Positions 49,159-62,609 of a DNA stretch of 64,000 nucleotides are shown here, in pieces; the stretch's first letter is position 1, and each line of letters begins with the position of its first letter. This DNA is from Phoronis australis. Taxonomy: Eukaryota > Animalia > Phoronida. The notes beneath the pieces were generated by a model that was not told the origin of the DNA, ran no database searches, and saw only the letters and a list, made by a program, of their open reading frames with translations. The position numbers and the translations under genes were made by a program. Where the stretch lies: contig NMRA01000336.1 of NCBI GenBank assembly GCA_002633005.1, positions 81,268 to 145,267 of the forward strand. Direction: 5' to 3'.

Positions 49159-52100
49159 ATCGCTATGGGATGTTCAATTTCGCGTACTTTGTTTTGTCAA
49201 TTGAATTGATACTTGACGCGACATCTGACTGGTTAAGTGCGTACTACGGTTCATCCCATGAAACAACATCAGTGACCACATTCATAGACGACACAATTGT
49301 TCTCAAGAATCCAAAAGCAACGCAACACGTTCTGAATAAGCTGACTGAGTTTTCGAATGGTCACATGTGAAGGCAAAATCAGCAAAACCCACCAGAAGCC
49401 TGTCTTTAAATAGTGTGAAACTGGATGCGAACAAGATAGCTGGGAATGACATCTCTACTGTCTGTGATCAACCTGTCAAAAGTCTTAGCCGGTGGTATGA
49501 TTGCAACGTTAAAGATAGCTCTCGGAAGGAGGAAGTCAATTAACTTTCGAAATCGGGTTTGAGTACGACAGACTCAAAGAAACTTTCAAAGATTGAATTT
49601 TCCAGTATGTAAGTGCCAAGATAACATGGCCTTTACAAATATATGATATACCAAATACATATGTTGAAAAAATGGAAATACCAATTGATAAACACACAAA
49701 AGAGCCATTCCACGAGATAACCAAAAGAAATCAAAAAATCACTTCAGGGGTCATCTTCCAGAGTCAGCCTAAACTTTGTGTATGAAGAAAATGACACGTT
49801 TTGCATACCGAAAACAGCAATTTTCCAATTAATAACAGGAAGATTGCATACAATGAGAGGATTCTTGTAATGGGATTAGGAAGTAGGACATCAACATTTT
49901 AGGGACCATAATGCTGTCTGACATATCCGTTTCACCCATTGAGCGTTCATAACTAACCATGGGTCATAGACTACACAGGCACAAGTGCTGGCATAACTGC
50001 TTGGTGCCAATACCCAAAACGGTTGACGACTTTAGACACAATTTTAAAGGCTGACATGAATATTTCATGTGATTTTAATAAAATATTCTTATGTGTAGAA
50101 TATCTCAAGGCAATTTGGCTTTTATTTGTAAAAAATTCTTTTGAATTAAGGGCTTGGGACTGTATGAAGCGGTCGAACCGAAATAATTTTTCACTTAGAA
50201 GACAAAGCTCACATCACAGGAAAGGCATCAATGTCTGAAATACAAAAATAAAAAAATATCAAAATCGCGGGGTGCATTCAAAAGTTATCTCTTTTTATGT
50301 GTCAAATTTTGACTTTACTTCGGTCGTGTCGGCCATCTTGTGATGTCTGCAGTACATGTTACGGGTTCAAAGTGCTTAAAAATTATATTCACAAACATTC
50401 TAGCAATAAAATTTGTTACACATATCTTTACCTACCATTCTGTATAATCCAAGAGTATACACCAGAATTAAATCATGCAGGTGTAACTTATTGAATTGAG
50501 TGGTTAAGGTGCTCACAATTCACGTTGGACAACATGACGGCTTTTCTGAACTGAAAGACATGTTCAACGGGCTACATTGTCATCGGTGAAGATTTAACTA
50601 CAATAGGTACATTTGCAGACACACTGCTACAAAAAGCAGTTTTGTACAGTTTTCCGAGGCTTGTGCCATAACTATTATGAGTCTCCAATTTATTTCAATG
50701 TGAACTGCCCATTCAGCTAAATTCTGTTGAAATTGTTCTGAAATCGTTTTTTTTTTTGTTTGAAAGTTAACTTCTGTTCATGTTATGATTATGTGTCACA
50801 GCACGAAACATATTTTTCTAACTTCTATGCACAAAAGATGCTTTTGATTCATGTTTTGTAACTTACTTGGTTTACAGAAATAGGTTACATTTGGATTATG
50901 AAATGTAAAGCTTACTCGGATCTTTCTGTGTCATAGTTCATATTATTCATTATCATGCTAGTCAAATTCTAGTTTAAGGACGAAAACTTTTATGGTACTC
51001 AGTCGCCATGTTAACAATTATGGATGTTTACTTTCATACTTAACGTGAGCTTGGTTCACCCAGTATTGTTGAACATTTCCAAAGTACGTTCTGAGTTACT
51101 TACTGTGGCAAAAGGCTGTTATGATCATTTTAGTTTGCGTATTAATTTGTACCGAGATCACTTTGCTAAGAGCAAGCCTTAGCTACAATGCAAATTTTGA
51201 AACCCGTTTGTCCAATATATCTCTTATCGGAGTGTGACAACAAGTGCCAAAATCAGAGTTGGGTGAAATCGGTTAAACGATCAGCATCCTGCGAAAATGA
51301 CAAAACTCAGAAGTGACTTTATATATTTTATGTAATGAATGATTACCAGATAATAAGGTGAATGTTACCAGGGTACCAGTTAGCAGCTGCCGGGGCGGAG
51401 AAAAGTTAGACGCATGAACGAATTCCAAAGTGCTAAAACTGTCTCTGGTGTGGCAGCAGACTCATTCGAAAACATGCAGTTTTGGGCTAAATTACAAGTA
51501 AGACGTGGAAAACAAAAACGGCGCTAGAGTGCAGCATGTAAACCAAGTTTCGATATTAATCAAAAGTCATCCTCATGTACGATAGTAGACAAAAAACAAA
51601 CTATGGTAACATAATTTGATTAATGCTGACTCGTCGTTCTCAAACATGATTGTGCCATCGTTTCTTCGATGGAAACGTTTTGGCCAAATTTCATGAAATT
51701 TCACCAAAGAAATCTACTTATAAAAATTGCCACCAGGGGGCCAGCAGTATTCCAAGTATATAAAAATTGTCGTGGACTGATTTGATCACCCTAGAAACAT
51801 ATTTGCAAAAATTAATGAAGCTCTTTTATGAGGTTTGTGAGATACAGATACATACTGTCCGTAGTCAGGCTCTATAAAATACACGATGGTATGTCATTTC
51901 TATGGACTGTTGCTTGAAAATACACAAAAAGCCCGTTTTTATTATTTTTATTTTCTTTGTATGACAGCAAACTGATGAAAAGTACCATTGGAAATCACCA
52001 ACACCCCGCAAACTGGCACCTCAAAAATATCTCAAAATCAAAGACAAAAAATTGGCAAATTTCACCGAATTTTGGCACTCCATTGAAAGTTAACGGAAAC

Positions 52101-53297
52101 CCCATTTGAAAATTCAAAGACTGTCTTCTGATAGAAATGTTCATGTCTATATAAACATTATAAATATCTTTTTTCCCGTTCTTTTAAGCCGTTTTAAAAA
52201 AAATTCGCTAACTGAACCTTTTTAGGCCAAAGTATTCATGATGTTCTACCTTAAAAAATAAAGGCCCAAAAATTTTCAAATAAGCACTTTGAACATATCC
52301 CACCAGGATGTATGTACACACACATTTTTTTCAAGATCTGAGTGGCCCTAGAATCGACCTTTTGGTGCTCTCGTGGAATGATCAGACCCATCGCCAAGGT
52401 ATCGGGTACAGTCGAATGGAAAATCAATTTTGGTCAAAAGCTAAACTTCAAGAGAGGAAGCAACTCTGCTCTCAACTGAGACAGGAGGAGGACAAGAAAA
52501 TATTTCAGTCTGCTGTTCAACAGCAGGGTCAATGGACATCATGGAATCCGCGATGGAGAGTAAGCTGAATTGGTCAGGTTTATAGGCAATGTCCAATAAA
52601 CATCTGAGTTATGCCATGCATCTAGCCTACGACTAACTACCAACTCAAACCAACTTGATAAAGTGGAGTCTTGTTGACACTCACCTCTGTGTGTTGTGTG
52701 GCCAAAGCTGCGACCTTGTCTCTTATTTTATCGAGTTGCTCTGTGTCATTGTCAAGCGGAGTTTTAAAAAGATTGCGGAGGCCTTGGCGTTGGCAATCAG
52801 TAAAACATCCAAGTCAAAGCCAAGTGATGTCATACAATTTGTCACAAAGGGTTATAATTCCAAGGTTGCTCGTACACGTAGACAGTACAGCATTGTGTTT
52901 GGAGGAGTAATATACTCGAAGTTAGCCGCAGATTTAAAGACTGAAGGCTGTTACCCTGAAGTCGTCACTGAAAGTGGGCAACGCCCAAATATTGTAATCT
53001 TGTCGGCATGGACCAAGAAAATGGTTCTAGTCAAAATAACTTTACTATATGAACCTCGTATTGAGGAGAGTCGTGAATTCAAGATGGCCAAGTACAAGGA
53101 CTTATGTCAAAACTTGCGAAATAAAGGGTATACCATAGAAGTTGAAGCTAGAGGCGTCCCTAGCTCTTCTTTATAGACTGTCATCAGTAAGACAAGTTTA
53201 ACACTCAGTGAAAAGTACTGATTTGTCAGACAGATATGTATTGCAGCTGAGGTAGCGTCAAAGTAGATTTGGTGGAGGAGAAATGAAAAGACCTGGC
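49159..53297 (+). mobile_element. 5'-truncated, decayed RLE non-LTR retrotransposon (R2/HERO-like), split by an insertion of about 2.4 kb (about 49961-52389)
   Basis: RT motifs IAMGCSIS..LF, TFIDD, KPTRSL, QPVKSLSRWYD, WPLQIYD; zinc knuckle CVLCG; RLE RPNIVILS..KKMVLVKIT..YE..IEESREFKMAKY..VEARG; tail AAEVASK*IWWRR. Confidence 0.88.
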
Positions 53298-53608
53298 GGG
53301 ATGCCTTGTAGTGGCCAGGCGTTTCTTAAATCCCCTGTTAGTCAGAGGCAGACATCCATCCGGCAGTTGTTGGCCTTCTTTGGTGCTGGTGGGTGTGGGC
53401 CGCCCTCACCTACAGTGTAAAAAGTCAAAGGCCCAAAACACTGGTGGGGGTCTTCTTCTGAAGACTGCCTCTGGCTTTGCAATCTTGTTGGTTGTTTGTC
53501 TTCCTAGTTTTTGTTTAAACGTAAATCAGTGCACCTACTACACTCTAAAAATCCACTTGCAGGAATTCTACATCTCAAATAACGAACAATGCTTACCCTA
53601 CAACTTAC

Positions 53609-53696
53609 CAAACAAACATGGCCCCTTTCTAGGATCTCCATGGAATCCAGCCACGCACCTTTCACAGTGGTCTCCTTCTGTGTTGCTCTTGCAGTT
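53609..53696 (-). CDS. Exon 5 (0-1): laminin-EGF, second half
   Basis: Acceptor ttctccAG, donor GTAAGT; [29 protein letters not shown] matches the LE consensus 'NC..NT.G..CE.C..GF.GDP....C'. Confidence 0.92.
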
Positions 53697-53916
53697 CTGG
53701 AGAAACATTCCATAAAAGAGAAATAGAAGAGAATGTTTAATTCAAGCTACCAGAAACGTGGGAATTTTAGGACTTGTCGATTTTATAATTTGTCAACATC
53801 AAACTTTTTAACTGATTTCTGTATTTAAACATACAACTTTTTAGACCCTCGGATTTTCGAAACTTTATGCCTCAGGTTTGCCAATGAAATTGCAGTTACA
53901 AATTTGAACCACCAAC

Positions 53917-54006
53917 CTTGCACTTTCCTGACGCGTCACATTCGCTTGAACGGCAATTACAGAAGCAATGCGCTAGTTGCAAGTGAAACGGAAAGTCAGC
54001 GCAATA
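53917..54006 (-). CDS. Exon 4 (0-0): laminin-EGF, first half
   Basis: Acceptor tttttttcAG, donor GTTGGT; YCADFPFHLQLAHCFCNCRSSECDASGKCK. Confidence 0.85.
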
Positions 54007-55189
54007 CTGAAAAAAACAGTGTTAATAGAAATGCAATAGGCGAGATTTAAGTTTGGCCACTATTGTTAATTAAATCAGTTTTTGGCCACAATATGATTAA
54101 ACATGAACTTTTTATATAAGCGGCGATCGTCCGGTTTTTAAGTTTGGCCGTATGTGAGATTTAACTTACGTCGTTTTAAGGGAACTAAACTATGTGCAGG
54201 TGAAATTTGCAAATAAGTAACCGCGTCATCAGCTATTGTACACTAGTACAGCAGTGTCGTATAAAGATTTTCAAGGAGCCCTAGACTATAAGAAGTCAGT
54301 GGTCAGTTGCACAAAGATGTCCAAGACAGGGACTTCACTAATTTCCTTAAGTACTCAAAGCATTTGTGAACCTTATTTAGTAACCAATGTGACTTTACAT
54401 TCATAATGAGCTCATCTTACACGAATGACTTATTGTATTTATAAACCTCAAAACTGAGTCCATATTTCAATGGAAAAGCGTAGACACTGAGTCTTTAAAC
54501 ATGTGGGCTTTATGAGAAGGCCCTTATATGTTTTCAATAATTTTAAGAATTTAACATGGACTTTACTCTTGATAGGTTTCAAAAGTAAACAGTACCTTAG
54601 TGATGAACATAAACTAGCAGAAGAAAGGGCACTCACTGTATGTACAAATTTACAAATGCACTAAATATAGACAACATAGTTGATTACCTGCCTGTGAGTT
54701 CTTCACGCAACCAGCTCTGGGCATTTAAATTTCATCAGATCCCTTCGGTCGACACCCCAATCGCCGGGCCAAACATTTTGAGTCACCCCGGTCCCCATAA
54801 TGTCACTTTTGAGCTACCCTCGGTCAACTGAATTTTGTCAACTACCGTCTCCATAAGTTTTGCTCATGTCAAAAAGGAGGCTACAAGGCGGGGACTATTT
54901 TTATGAACCCAATTGTAATTTAATTAGCTTAATGTGTGATAGGCTAAAATCATATTTAGATAAGATTGGTCTTCATAAAGGAGATTGTGCGGTCCAACGC
55001 GTATTGACGGATATAACAAACATTGTATGGTACAATCAAACTTGTTCCAAATATCTGTGGATAGGTTAGAGTTACATGATAGTTTCAAAACCTTTATAAA
55101 AGTGATCTAGTTGTAGAACTTATTACCAATTACAGCCTCCAGTGTCTCGTTCAAGTTAAGTTGCACGTATTCAAAAATGTACAAGCTGC

Positions 55190-55495
55190 AAACAAGAAAA
55201 TATGAGAGACGAAAACAAGAAATGATAAGATAAGGAATTAGAAAATAAACGGTAAGGAAATGATTCAAGACTGAAGATATGAAAAATAAAGGGAAACGAA
55301 ATGAGCCAACACTAAAGAGAGGAAAAGTAAAAGGGAACCAACACTGAAGAGAGAAAAAATAGAAAGAAATAGTAAAAAGAAGAATAAAAATATAGCAGAG
55401 AAAAATGAAAAAAGAAAGAAAAAGAACCGTGAAGAAAAAAATTGGAGACGTGAAGAAAAAGAGGAGGTGAATAACTGTAGTCACAAATGAAAGAG
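55190..55495. repeat. A/G-rich low-complexity tract
   Basis: Purine-rich runs; produces a spurious Phe-rich ORF on the minus strand. Confidence 0.75.
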
Positions 55496-55541
55496 TAATA
55501 TGTAAATGAGAGTTATTTTACTAACAAAGTTGCAGACTTAC

Positions 55542-55778
55542 TTCGCATGACAAACCAGAAAATCCGTCAGGACACACACACTGTTCTACGGAGTACACAC
55601 TACTGTTCCTTGAAGACGGGGGAGCTGTTTTCATAGACACACGAAAAAGATTGAATGACACTTGTGCTGTGTTGTACTTGGTGCGAAGTGATATAGCGTC
55701 CAAGTGAGACAAAACGCGTAGGAATTTACTCCGAGAAACGTGTACCCCAGCCATAGTATTCTCATCAAAAAACGAAGT
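55542..55778 (-). CDS. Exon 3 (0-0): laminin IV/B C-terminal part and start of laminin-EGF
   Basis: Acceptor ttttcAG, donor GTAAGT; TSFFDENT...SRSKFLRVLSHLDAISLRTKY...VEQCVCPDGFSGLSCE is the classic LamB end plus 'VE.C.CP.G..G.SCE'. Confidence 0.92.
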
Positions 55779-57502
55779 CTGAAAACAAAGCCAAGCGTTT
55801 GTCAGTGTTTACAATCTGACGTTCGCCGTGGGATATACACTATAAATTTTGGAAAATGGTGAACTTTTAGTGTGGCAAAAACAAAACCGATGGTATCAGA
55901 CAGAAACTATAGTAAGAGCTTGTAGAACCAATAACCACTTGTCAGTACTTTCAAGGGCCTGACACAATCTTCACTTTGCCTTAGGTAAAACATGAGACCA
56001 GTGTCATAACGATAAGTGGTCTGCAACAAAAATGTTTTTTATAATCAAAGTCGGTTTATAATCTTTTTAAGGATAACAACACCCGTTGTGGCAAATTTGT
56101 AAGTCTAGGCTTGCTGATTCGGTGCCTTCACATTCCACGTTTATATGGCACTCGGCTTCTGAAGCATTAATCATAGGTTTTAACGCAAAAAGCATATTGA
56201 AGTATTGAAGTATATTTTAAAGAGTATGGGTCGTTTCACATTCTCAGTACTTTCAAGTTCTTTGTGTCTCAGCAATAGACCCAATTCACGCCGACAGGAG
56301 GCGCGTTCCAAAACGAGGCTCGCTACGATAGCTCTGTTAGCTTATCGGCAAAGTTCTGTTTTTCAGTCCGTGTGGTTCCGCGAACGGCTACAAAAAATAC
56401 GGACACGCAACTGTCTGCTTCACAATCTCTAAAGACGTTGAGATTCGAAAGCGTTGGGTCGTTGCCATACGCCGCGACGAAGCAAAATATGTCCTTGTAA
56501 AATTTATAAATGTTTTCGAAAAGTTAGATCATATTTTGTCGCATCTCGGTTGTCAAGCATCATAGTAACGACCGAAGAAAGGGTCAGCCAGGCTGTGTTT
56601 TCATGACTATGGATTTAGGGGGGCCAAGGGGGCCATGGCCCCCACTAAAATTGTATCAGATCCCATTTCTGAGTTCAGGTGCGAATTGCTGACTAGCACA
56701 CGTACGCAACCAGGGGGCCTTTGGGGGTGAATGAACAACGCATAGGCGCCGCCCCTGCTACGGGTTGAAACATTATAATTTTCTTTCCAAAAAGGACAGG
56801 GCCCTCAATCACTCGAATTTGGGGCCCAATATTGGCCCTATTCCCCTCTCAAAAATATTGAAATATCACGCGAAATTCCCCCAACGAGGCATAAAAATTC
56901 CTCTAGTGAAAAATCTCTCTGAGTTCACGTCACCTGTAACCACACAGGTGACAACTTTTAAGAGCACAAAAGGCTACTTTAAAATGAGACAGAGCCTATG
57001 AGAGCTTGCAACAGGGCGGGGGTGCTATTGATGGTGATCAGGAGGTAGATTGTTCCCGCCCTCACTCGGCGAAAAAATCGCCTCTCAGTAGGCACTGGCA
57101 CCTTTCCCCTCGGATGAACGAGGCTCCTGCAGAAACATGATAACTGTGATTGCATTGTCCAGTAAACTGAAATCGAGTTCTAAAACGAGGTTACATGTAT
57201 GCTTTGGACGAACGAATTAGGTGTTTTAATTTTTAAATTCAACTTTGTCCAGACTGATATTTGAAATCTAACACATGAAATAGACGTAAGAGTTATTACA
57301 ACCAAGAAAGCAGAATTGATGGTCAAATAATTTTTATTTTCAATTACGAGCCTGTTTTTTTTATTTTAATAAAAAATATATTTAATACATCAATTATTCT
57401 TTCAGATCAATGGCAAATCAACTATTAGTCCCAGTGAGTGGATAGGATCAGGTTATGCTTGATGTTAATATTCGCGATCAACAAATTAAACCAGATGTGA
57501 CT

Positions 57503-58681
57503 AATAGGCCTTTTGCGAGTTTATAACAATAACGCGAGATTATGCGAGACTTAACTGTGACGTCACGGGAAGTGGGGCAAAAGCTTGTCGTTTGGTCATT
57601 TGCCCAATACGGTACCAGAGTGTATTCTGTTATTGTCTTCGAGTTTTTAGCCGTTTAGTTCGAAAAATGTCCAAAAGCATTGCTGTTATGGCAAATGAAC
57701 TTCAGATTCGTACTACAATACGTTCCATCGCGTTCTGTACTAATTTCGTCCCGTGTATTTTAAACGGGCGGTAGGCGAAATCCGCTCACTGATAAAGTTT
57801 TCACATCGTCGAAAATACATTCTACACCTAAAATTAGCACGTAAAAGGCTCTTACTTTCTTCAGTGACTCTTTCTGCTTCTAAACATATCTTCGATGAAG
57901 CATATATACGGAAATTCAGGTGACTTAGGCGAAGAATTCCAACTCCACTTTGTGGTTCCTGTTAACTTTGTCCGCGCGCGCGATTACCACAATCAAGTAT
58001 TTCAGCTGAGTCAGGTGAGTATGAGGCAAAGGCTAGCGCGAGACTGAGCGAAGCGCGAGATCTGGTGCGTGACCTGGCGCGTGACACTTGCAAAATAGCA
58101 TGAGAAAATATCAAGTGAAATTTGTAAGATTTGTGTCCCTTGGACTTTTTGTTCGTCAACAGGCGTGATTTCACGTAACTTTTTCAAAATGGCGGCTCTT
58201 TAGTGAGAGAATTTCGAGAGAACCGTGAGGTTTTCATGAATATGCTCAAGTTATTTGTAGACTAAATTGTGTCCAGATTGAGGGTATGTGTTAATTATAA
58301 CTTCATGTGCACATATGCATGTTTCATTTGATTTTATTTGCTGTATTTTGAAGTGAATATCTTTTTATGGGGATACACTATCGCCACTGTATGCCTGCGC
58401 CATTCAGGCCTAGAGCGGGTTAAGTTCCAATTTCAGTCCGTTCACAGCTTCGCACAACATAACAAGGTCACATTTTCTTCGTCTATTCACAGTTATTCCA
58501 CGACCCATCTACCATATCTTATGTTGTTTTAACGTTTTAAGCGTAAAATTCACCATAAGAACTCCAGTAAGTTTTAGCGTGTGTAGCAAAGACTCGGGAC
58601 AAAACAAGAGCAATATGGCGGGTTTTGCCCCCTTTCCGGTGACGTCACTGTGACTAGCGAGAAACTCGCAAGTGAGCTATT
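57503..58681. mobile_element. Non-autonomous TIR element
   Basis: AATAGGCCTTTTGCGAGTTT...GTGACGTCACGGGAAGTGGGGCAAAA is inverted at TTTTGCCCCCTTTCCGGTGACGTCAC...AAACTCGCAAGTGAGCTATT. Confidence 0.65.
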
Positions 58682-61090
58682 GCACATGACAGCCACCAGT
58701 GTCGAATATGTCTTCAAATCGTCAACAATATGAGCAGATGACCTGGTTCGCGTAGAAAGTATTGATCAACAATTTACAAGAAAAAACGTAACCCTGCATT
58801 CAGCATAGTACCTAATCCGTGACACTACGATCACTGCAATATGGTCCATGTTTCGAACCTAGTTTTCGGAAAAAAATAAACTCTTTCGTCAGACAACTCT
58901 TTGGCGCCTTAACTTGTTCTCTAGTGTAATTTTCTACGTCTCTGTGGTTAATTGTCGGCACATCATTAAAATTTAATATCCAGGATGGACTCGAAAGACC
59001 AGCCTCCCGTTCACTAACGCTAGGACCTAGCTTAAAACCAAGACTTTGCGAGATTACGCGAGATATTGCCGTGTATTTTAAATACGAGCAAGTGACCTTG
59101 ACTAGCTTTTGGCTAGGTCTTAGCGTAGGTCCTAGCGTCTACTGAACGCACGCCGGCTATTTAACTCACGCAATGTCTACTTTCGCTTTGTTTATGGCAG
59201 TGAGCCTCGCTTTGGATTTTAATGTCCGTCGCGTGAACTAAGTCTATACCTATTCGCCCTAATAAGCGCCCATGTCCCAATAAGTGCCCCAACGCGTTTT
59301 CAGACTTTGCTAAAGTAAGCGTCCAGCCCATGAACTGCATGCGAAAAATGCCTTACCTACAGTTCTAACGTCTCCAATTTATCAATTGAAAGATCCGACA
59401 GTCCTGAATTTGTAGACCAGGAGCCTCACCGTTATGTCCGTATACACTTCAAACTTACGCCACGATTCAAAAAGAACGAAAAGTTTTGCTGCTCTTGCGA
59501 GGGATGTGCCCCACTATACGCGGGCCTGGACTTTTAAAACAGACGAAGCGTACTTGTCAGCGGGATTGCATTGTTTCTTTCCGGTACAGAACTTCTCCGG
59601 TCTCAACAGTATTTCAATCTTCTTTATACACGTGAAAACCGTGAATCGAAGACTAATTAAAAAACTCGACCACTGTTAGCACGCGGCCAAGAAGCGCGCG
59701 CTGCATAATGTGCCGGCTGTCATCGAAGACATTTAGTCGGGAACTATCTATTCATGAAACGGGTAACATAGCATCGGCAAGAAATAAATATTGGCACTAA
59801 TTTCCGAAAGTTTCTAATACCGTAAAAACTTTGGCATTATTTTTATGAGAAATTATTTAACTAATCATAACTGGTGTCTTTAAAGTCAAAATGACCCACT
59901 GATAGTGAACACATTCGTACCCTTACACCCCCAATCTTCTGGAAAATAGCTGTTACACTACGGTCACGCATCCACTTACCCGGCGACTCAATGAGTGACA
60001 TATCGGTCTTACCGAAACGATTTTCGAACGTTTTTTAGCAGATGAGGCCAGCGAGTGCTAAGCTGAATATTAAAGACGCTCTGCTTGACTGTTTGAGTTA
60101 ATTTCTTTGGATACAATGCACACCTAGATCATTACATCGCATTTACTCTGGCAAATGAACTCTGATGACAAGCACACACACGCTTACTATCACACACACG
60201 CATACAAACTTCAAAACAAACGTCACGTGACAACAACAGTGTGTTCCTCCGGAGATTTTTCTCTTGTTGCGAGCTACAATCTAGCGCAGATTTGGACTTA
60301 ATCTGCAGTTAATCCAGACTCCAGAAGAACTTAAAAATCTTAGAGACGCTATTTGGAAAACTTGAGGAGGATTTCAGGTAATTTGTCGAGTCGAAGCTGT
60401 ATTCTTATTCAAGAATTCAAGCCCTATCGGCGATTGCGAGACCGGCAGCTACGCATTTGTCGGCGAGATTTCGCCCAGAGATTTCAGTACATTTTTCTGA
60501 AAAAATGATCGTGATTTAACAACGACTTTTGATAGCAAATGCACCACTATTTTGTAGAAAGTAAATAATAATATTCTGCACGCTTTATCTTAGCCCGTTA
60601 ATGCATATAGTGTGCGTACGTTAAGTGAGTCGACCCAGAACAGGTGATTGTGCAGAGGCATTATCCTCAAAATTGCTCATGCTTACTTGCTTCTGGTCAA
60701 GCGAAAACAAGTTTTTTTTTCATTACCAACCGCCGTGGAGTATTTGTAACTGTTTCTTTCAAGGGAAATATTATTGTTGGGCAGTTTCCAAGATACGTTG
60801 TCTTGCCGCCCTCAAAATGAGCGCTGCATACGATGCTACGAAGTCGGTACCAAAATCCCTAAAGCGTCTTGTCATTGCAATGTCGAATAATAATCGAGGA
60901 ATGATATAATCGGTGTCCCCGAAATAGTCAGAAATAAGTGGTGTATACAAGGAGTCAATTACCAAACATGATGGAAGTGAGATTTTTATCAGTATTTACG
61001 TTTACGTTACAAGAGGTGAGTCGCATACAAGGAGGTTCATTCCAACACCGCTACTGTTGAGATCCCATGCACGTTCTATATCAGAATTAC

Positions 61091-61174
61091 CTCTGCCAGA
61101 AGAATGGTATGGCTTTGGTATTCATTGGGTATTTTCTCCTTGCTATTCATGTGATACAGGCTCTCGTTACCTCC
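61091..61174 (-). CDS. Exon 2 (0-0): laminin IV/B domain, middle
   Basis: Acceptor ttttAG, donor GTAATT; GGNESLYHMNSKEKIPNEYQSHTILLAE joins both neighbours in frame. Confidence 0.8.
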
Positions 61175-62437
61175 CTAAAACGAATGCACCGTTATGTCAA
61201 TGATGAGGAGAAATACAAAGTCAGCAATGACACCAACTACTGACATTACCGAGTACGTATTTTTTTTATATTACAAGGGCGAATCACAAAGTAGAAATCA
61301 ATACGTCTTACATTTTATCGACTGCAAAACACTAAAGCAACCAAACGCGTGCCAACCAAACAATGCTGGAATTTCGTGAAGGTGACAAATCGTGTGTTGC
61401 AACGGTACATATTCGCAGTCGGAAGAACATGCAAACAACTTCTTAAAACGGACCCATCTGCGGCGGCGAACTTCATATCCACTTTCGTTCAAAAGGAGAC
61501 GAAGCCCAACTCAAGAAACGCGGTGAGACTTTCTAACTGTGCTTTCTCAAGGTCAATTCAATGCTAAAGCGCGGGGAAGCCCTGCTGACTATTTATAAAC
61601 ATTTTTTAAGTTTGAATATCATCACTTCAAAAATATTTATTAGATTCTAACTTGAAAATTTGTTACTAAAGCTGAATGCAAGCTCAAAATAAAACTATTA
61701 CAAAAAATAACCGACCTTATTTTACATTGCACAAGCGTGTTTTTACAAAAAAGCGTCATGTGGTTGAATGTTTTAGACAGGTCGGGTTTTTCGGCAAAAA
61801 GATTGTATTTATGGCAAACGAATTTTCCAAGAGGTTTTGCCTGTGTCATAAACCTGAGACGAGTGTAGAATTATCTACTTATAAATGACATTAGATCACT
61901 TAGGCAAAATCGTGCAAGCTTTATAAGTTCAAATAATTCCTTAATACACGACGGTGTTGTGTATTCACAACCAGTATGTTCACCAGTCGTTTAAAGAGCA
62001 ACAATGGGGTAAATGAGCAAGAGACATTGCAATGATGTATAAAAAGACGGCTACAATTAAGGATTGGTCATGTCCTATGTTCAGGCCGGCAAAAATGAGA
62101 CAAGGCTTACAACCAGAATTAACAGGTTAGCTTTCCATTGACCGAAATTCTTGTTAAAAAATCGAGAACACCCCAGGCCACGCAAAATCACCTGAGTGAA
62201 TTAGACGAATGTGTCTTGAGCATGCCCAGGAGCTTTCTTGCATAACTCGGCTAAAAACCAGAGAAATAAGTGCATTCTTTTCTAGGTTGTGCAAAAACAA
62301 TGTCACAGCTACTAAGGTATATGCCCACAGCCTGTTGTAGATAATTAGAGGCGTTTTTGCACCGGTCCGGATGTTAGGGTGAACCAAAATCGACTACGCG
62401 TACTTGGTGTATTATAGACGAAGTGCAGTTACTTAAC

Positions 62438-62536
62438 TCTAAATTCCACATCTGTTTCTTTTTCTTGGGTCGCAGTGCCCACACCTCTGACATTGAACCG
62501 GAATAGATACTGCAGTGATCCTCCATAGAACCTTAG
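62438..62536 (-). CDS. Exon 1 in window (phase 0-0): laminin IV/B domain, N-terminal part
   Basis: Acceptor tttacAG; translates LRFYGGSLQYLFRFNVRGVGTATQEKETDVEFR, matching the laminin B 'YGG.L.Y' and 'DV.l.G' motifs; donor GTTAAG is weak. Confidence 0.8.
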
Positions 62537-62609
62537 CTGTAAATATAGGTCAACTGATCAACATCACGTAATTCAAAACAGTAAATGTTCATGTATTTAT
62601 ATTGGACAC

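Noticed and set aside
53609-62536. Calling the gene canonical perlecan (HSPG2), laminin or VEGFR
   Set aside because: The domain combination fits none of them and the termini are outside the window, so no symbol is assigned.
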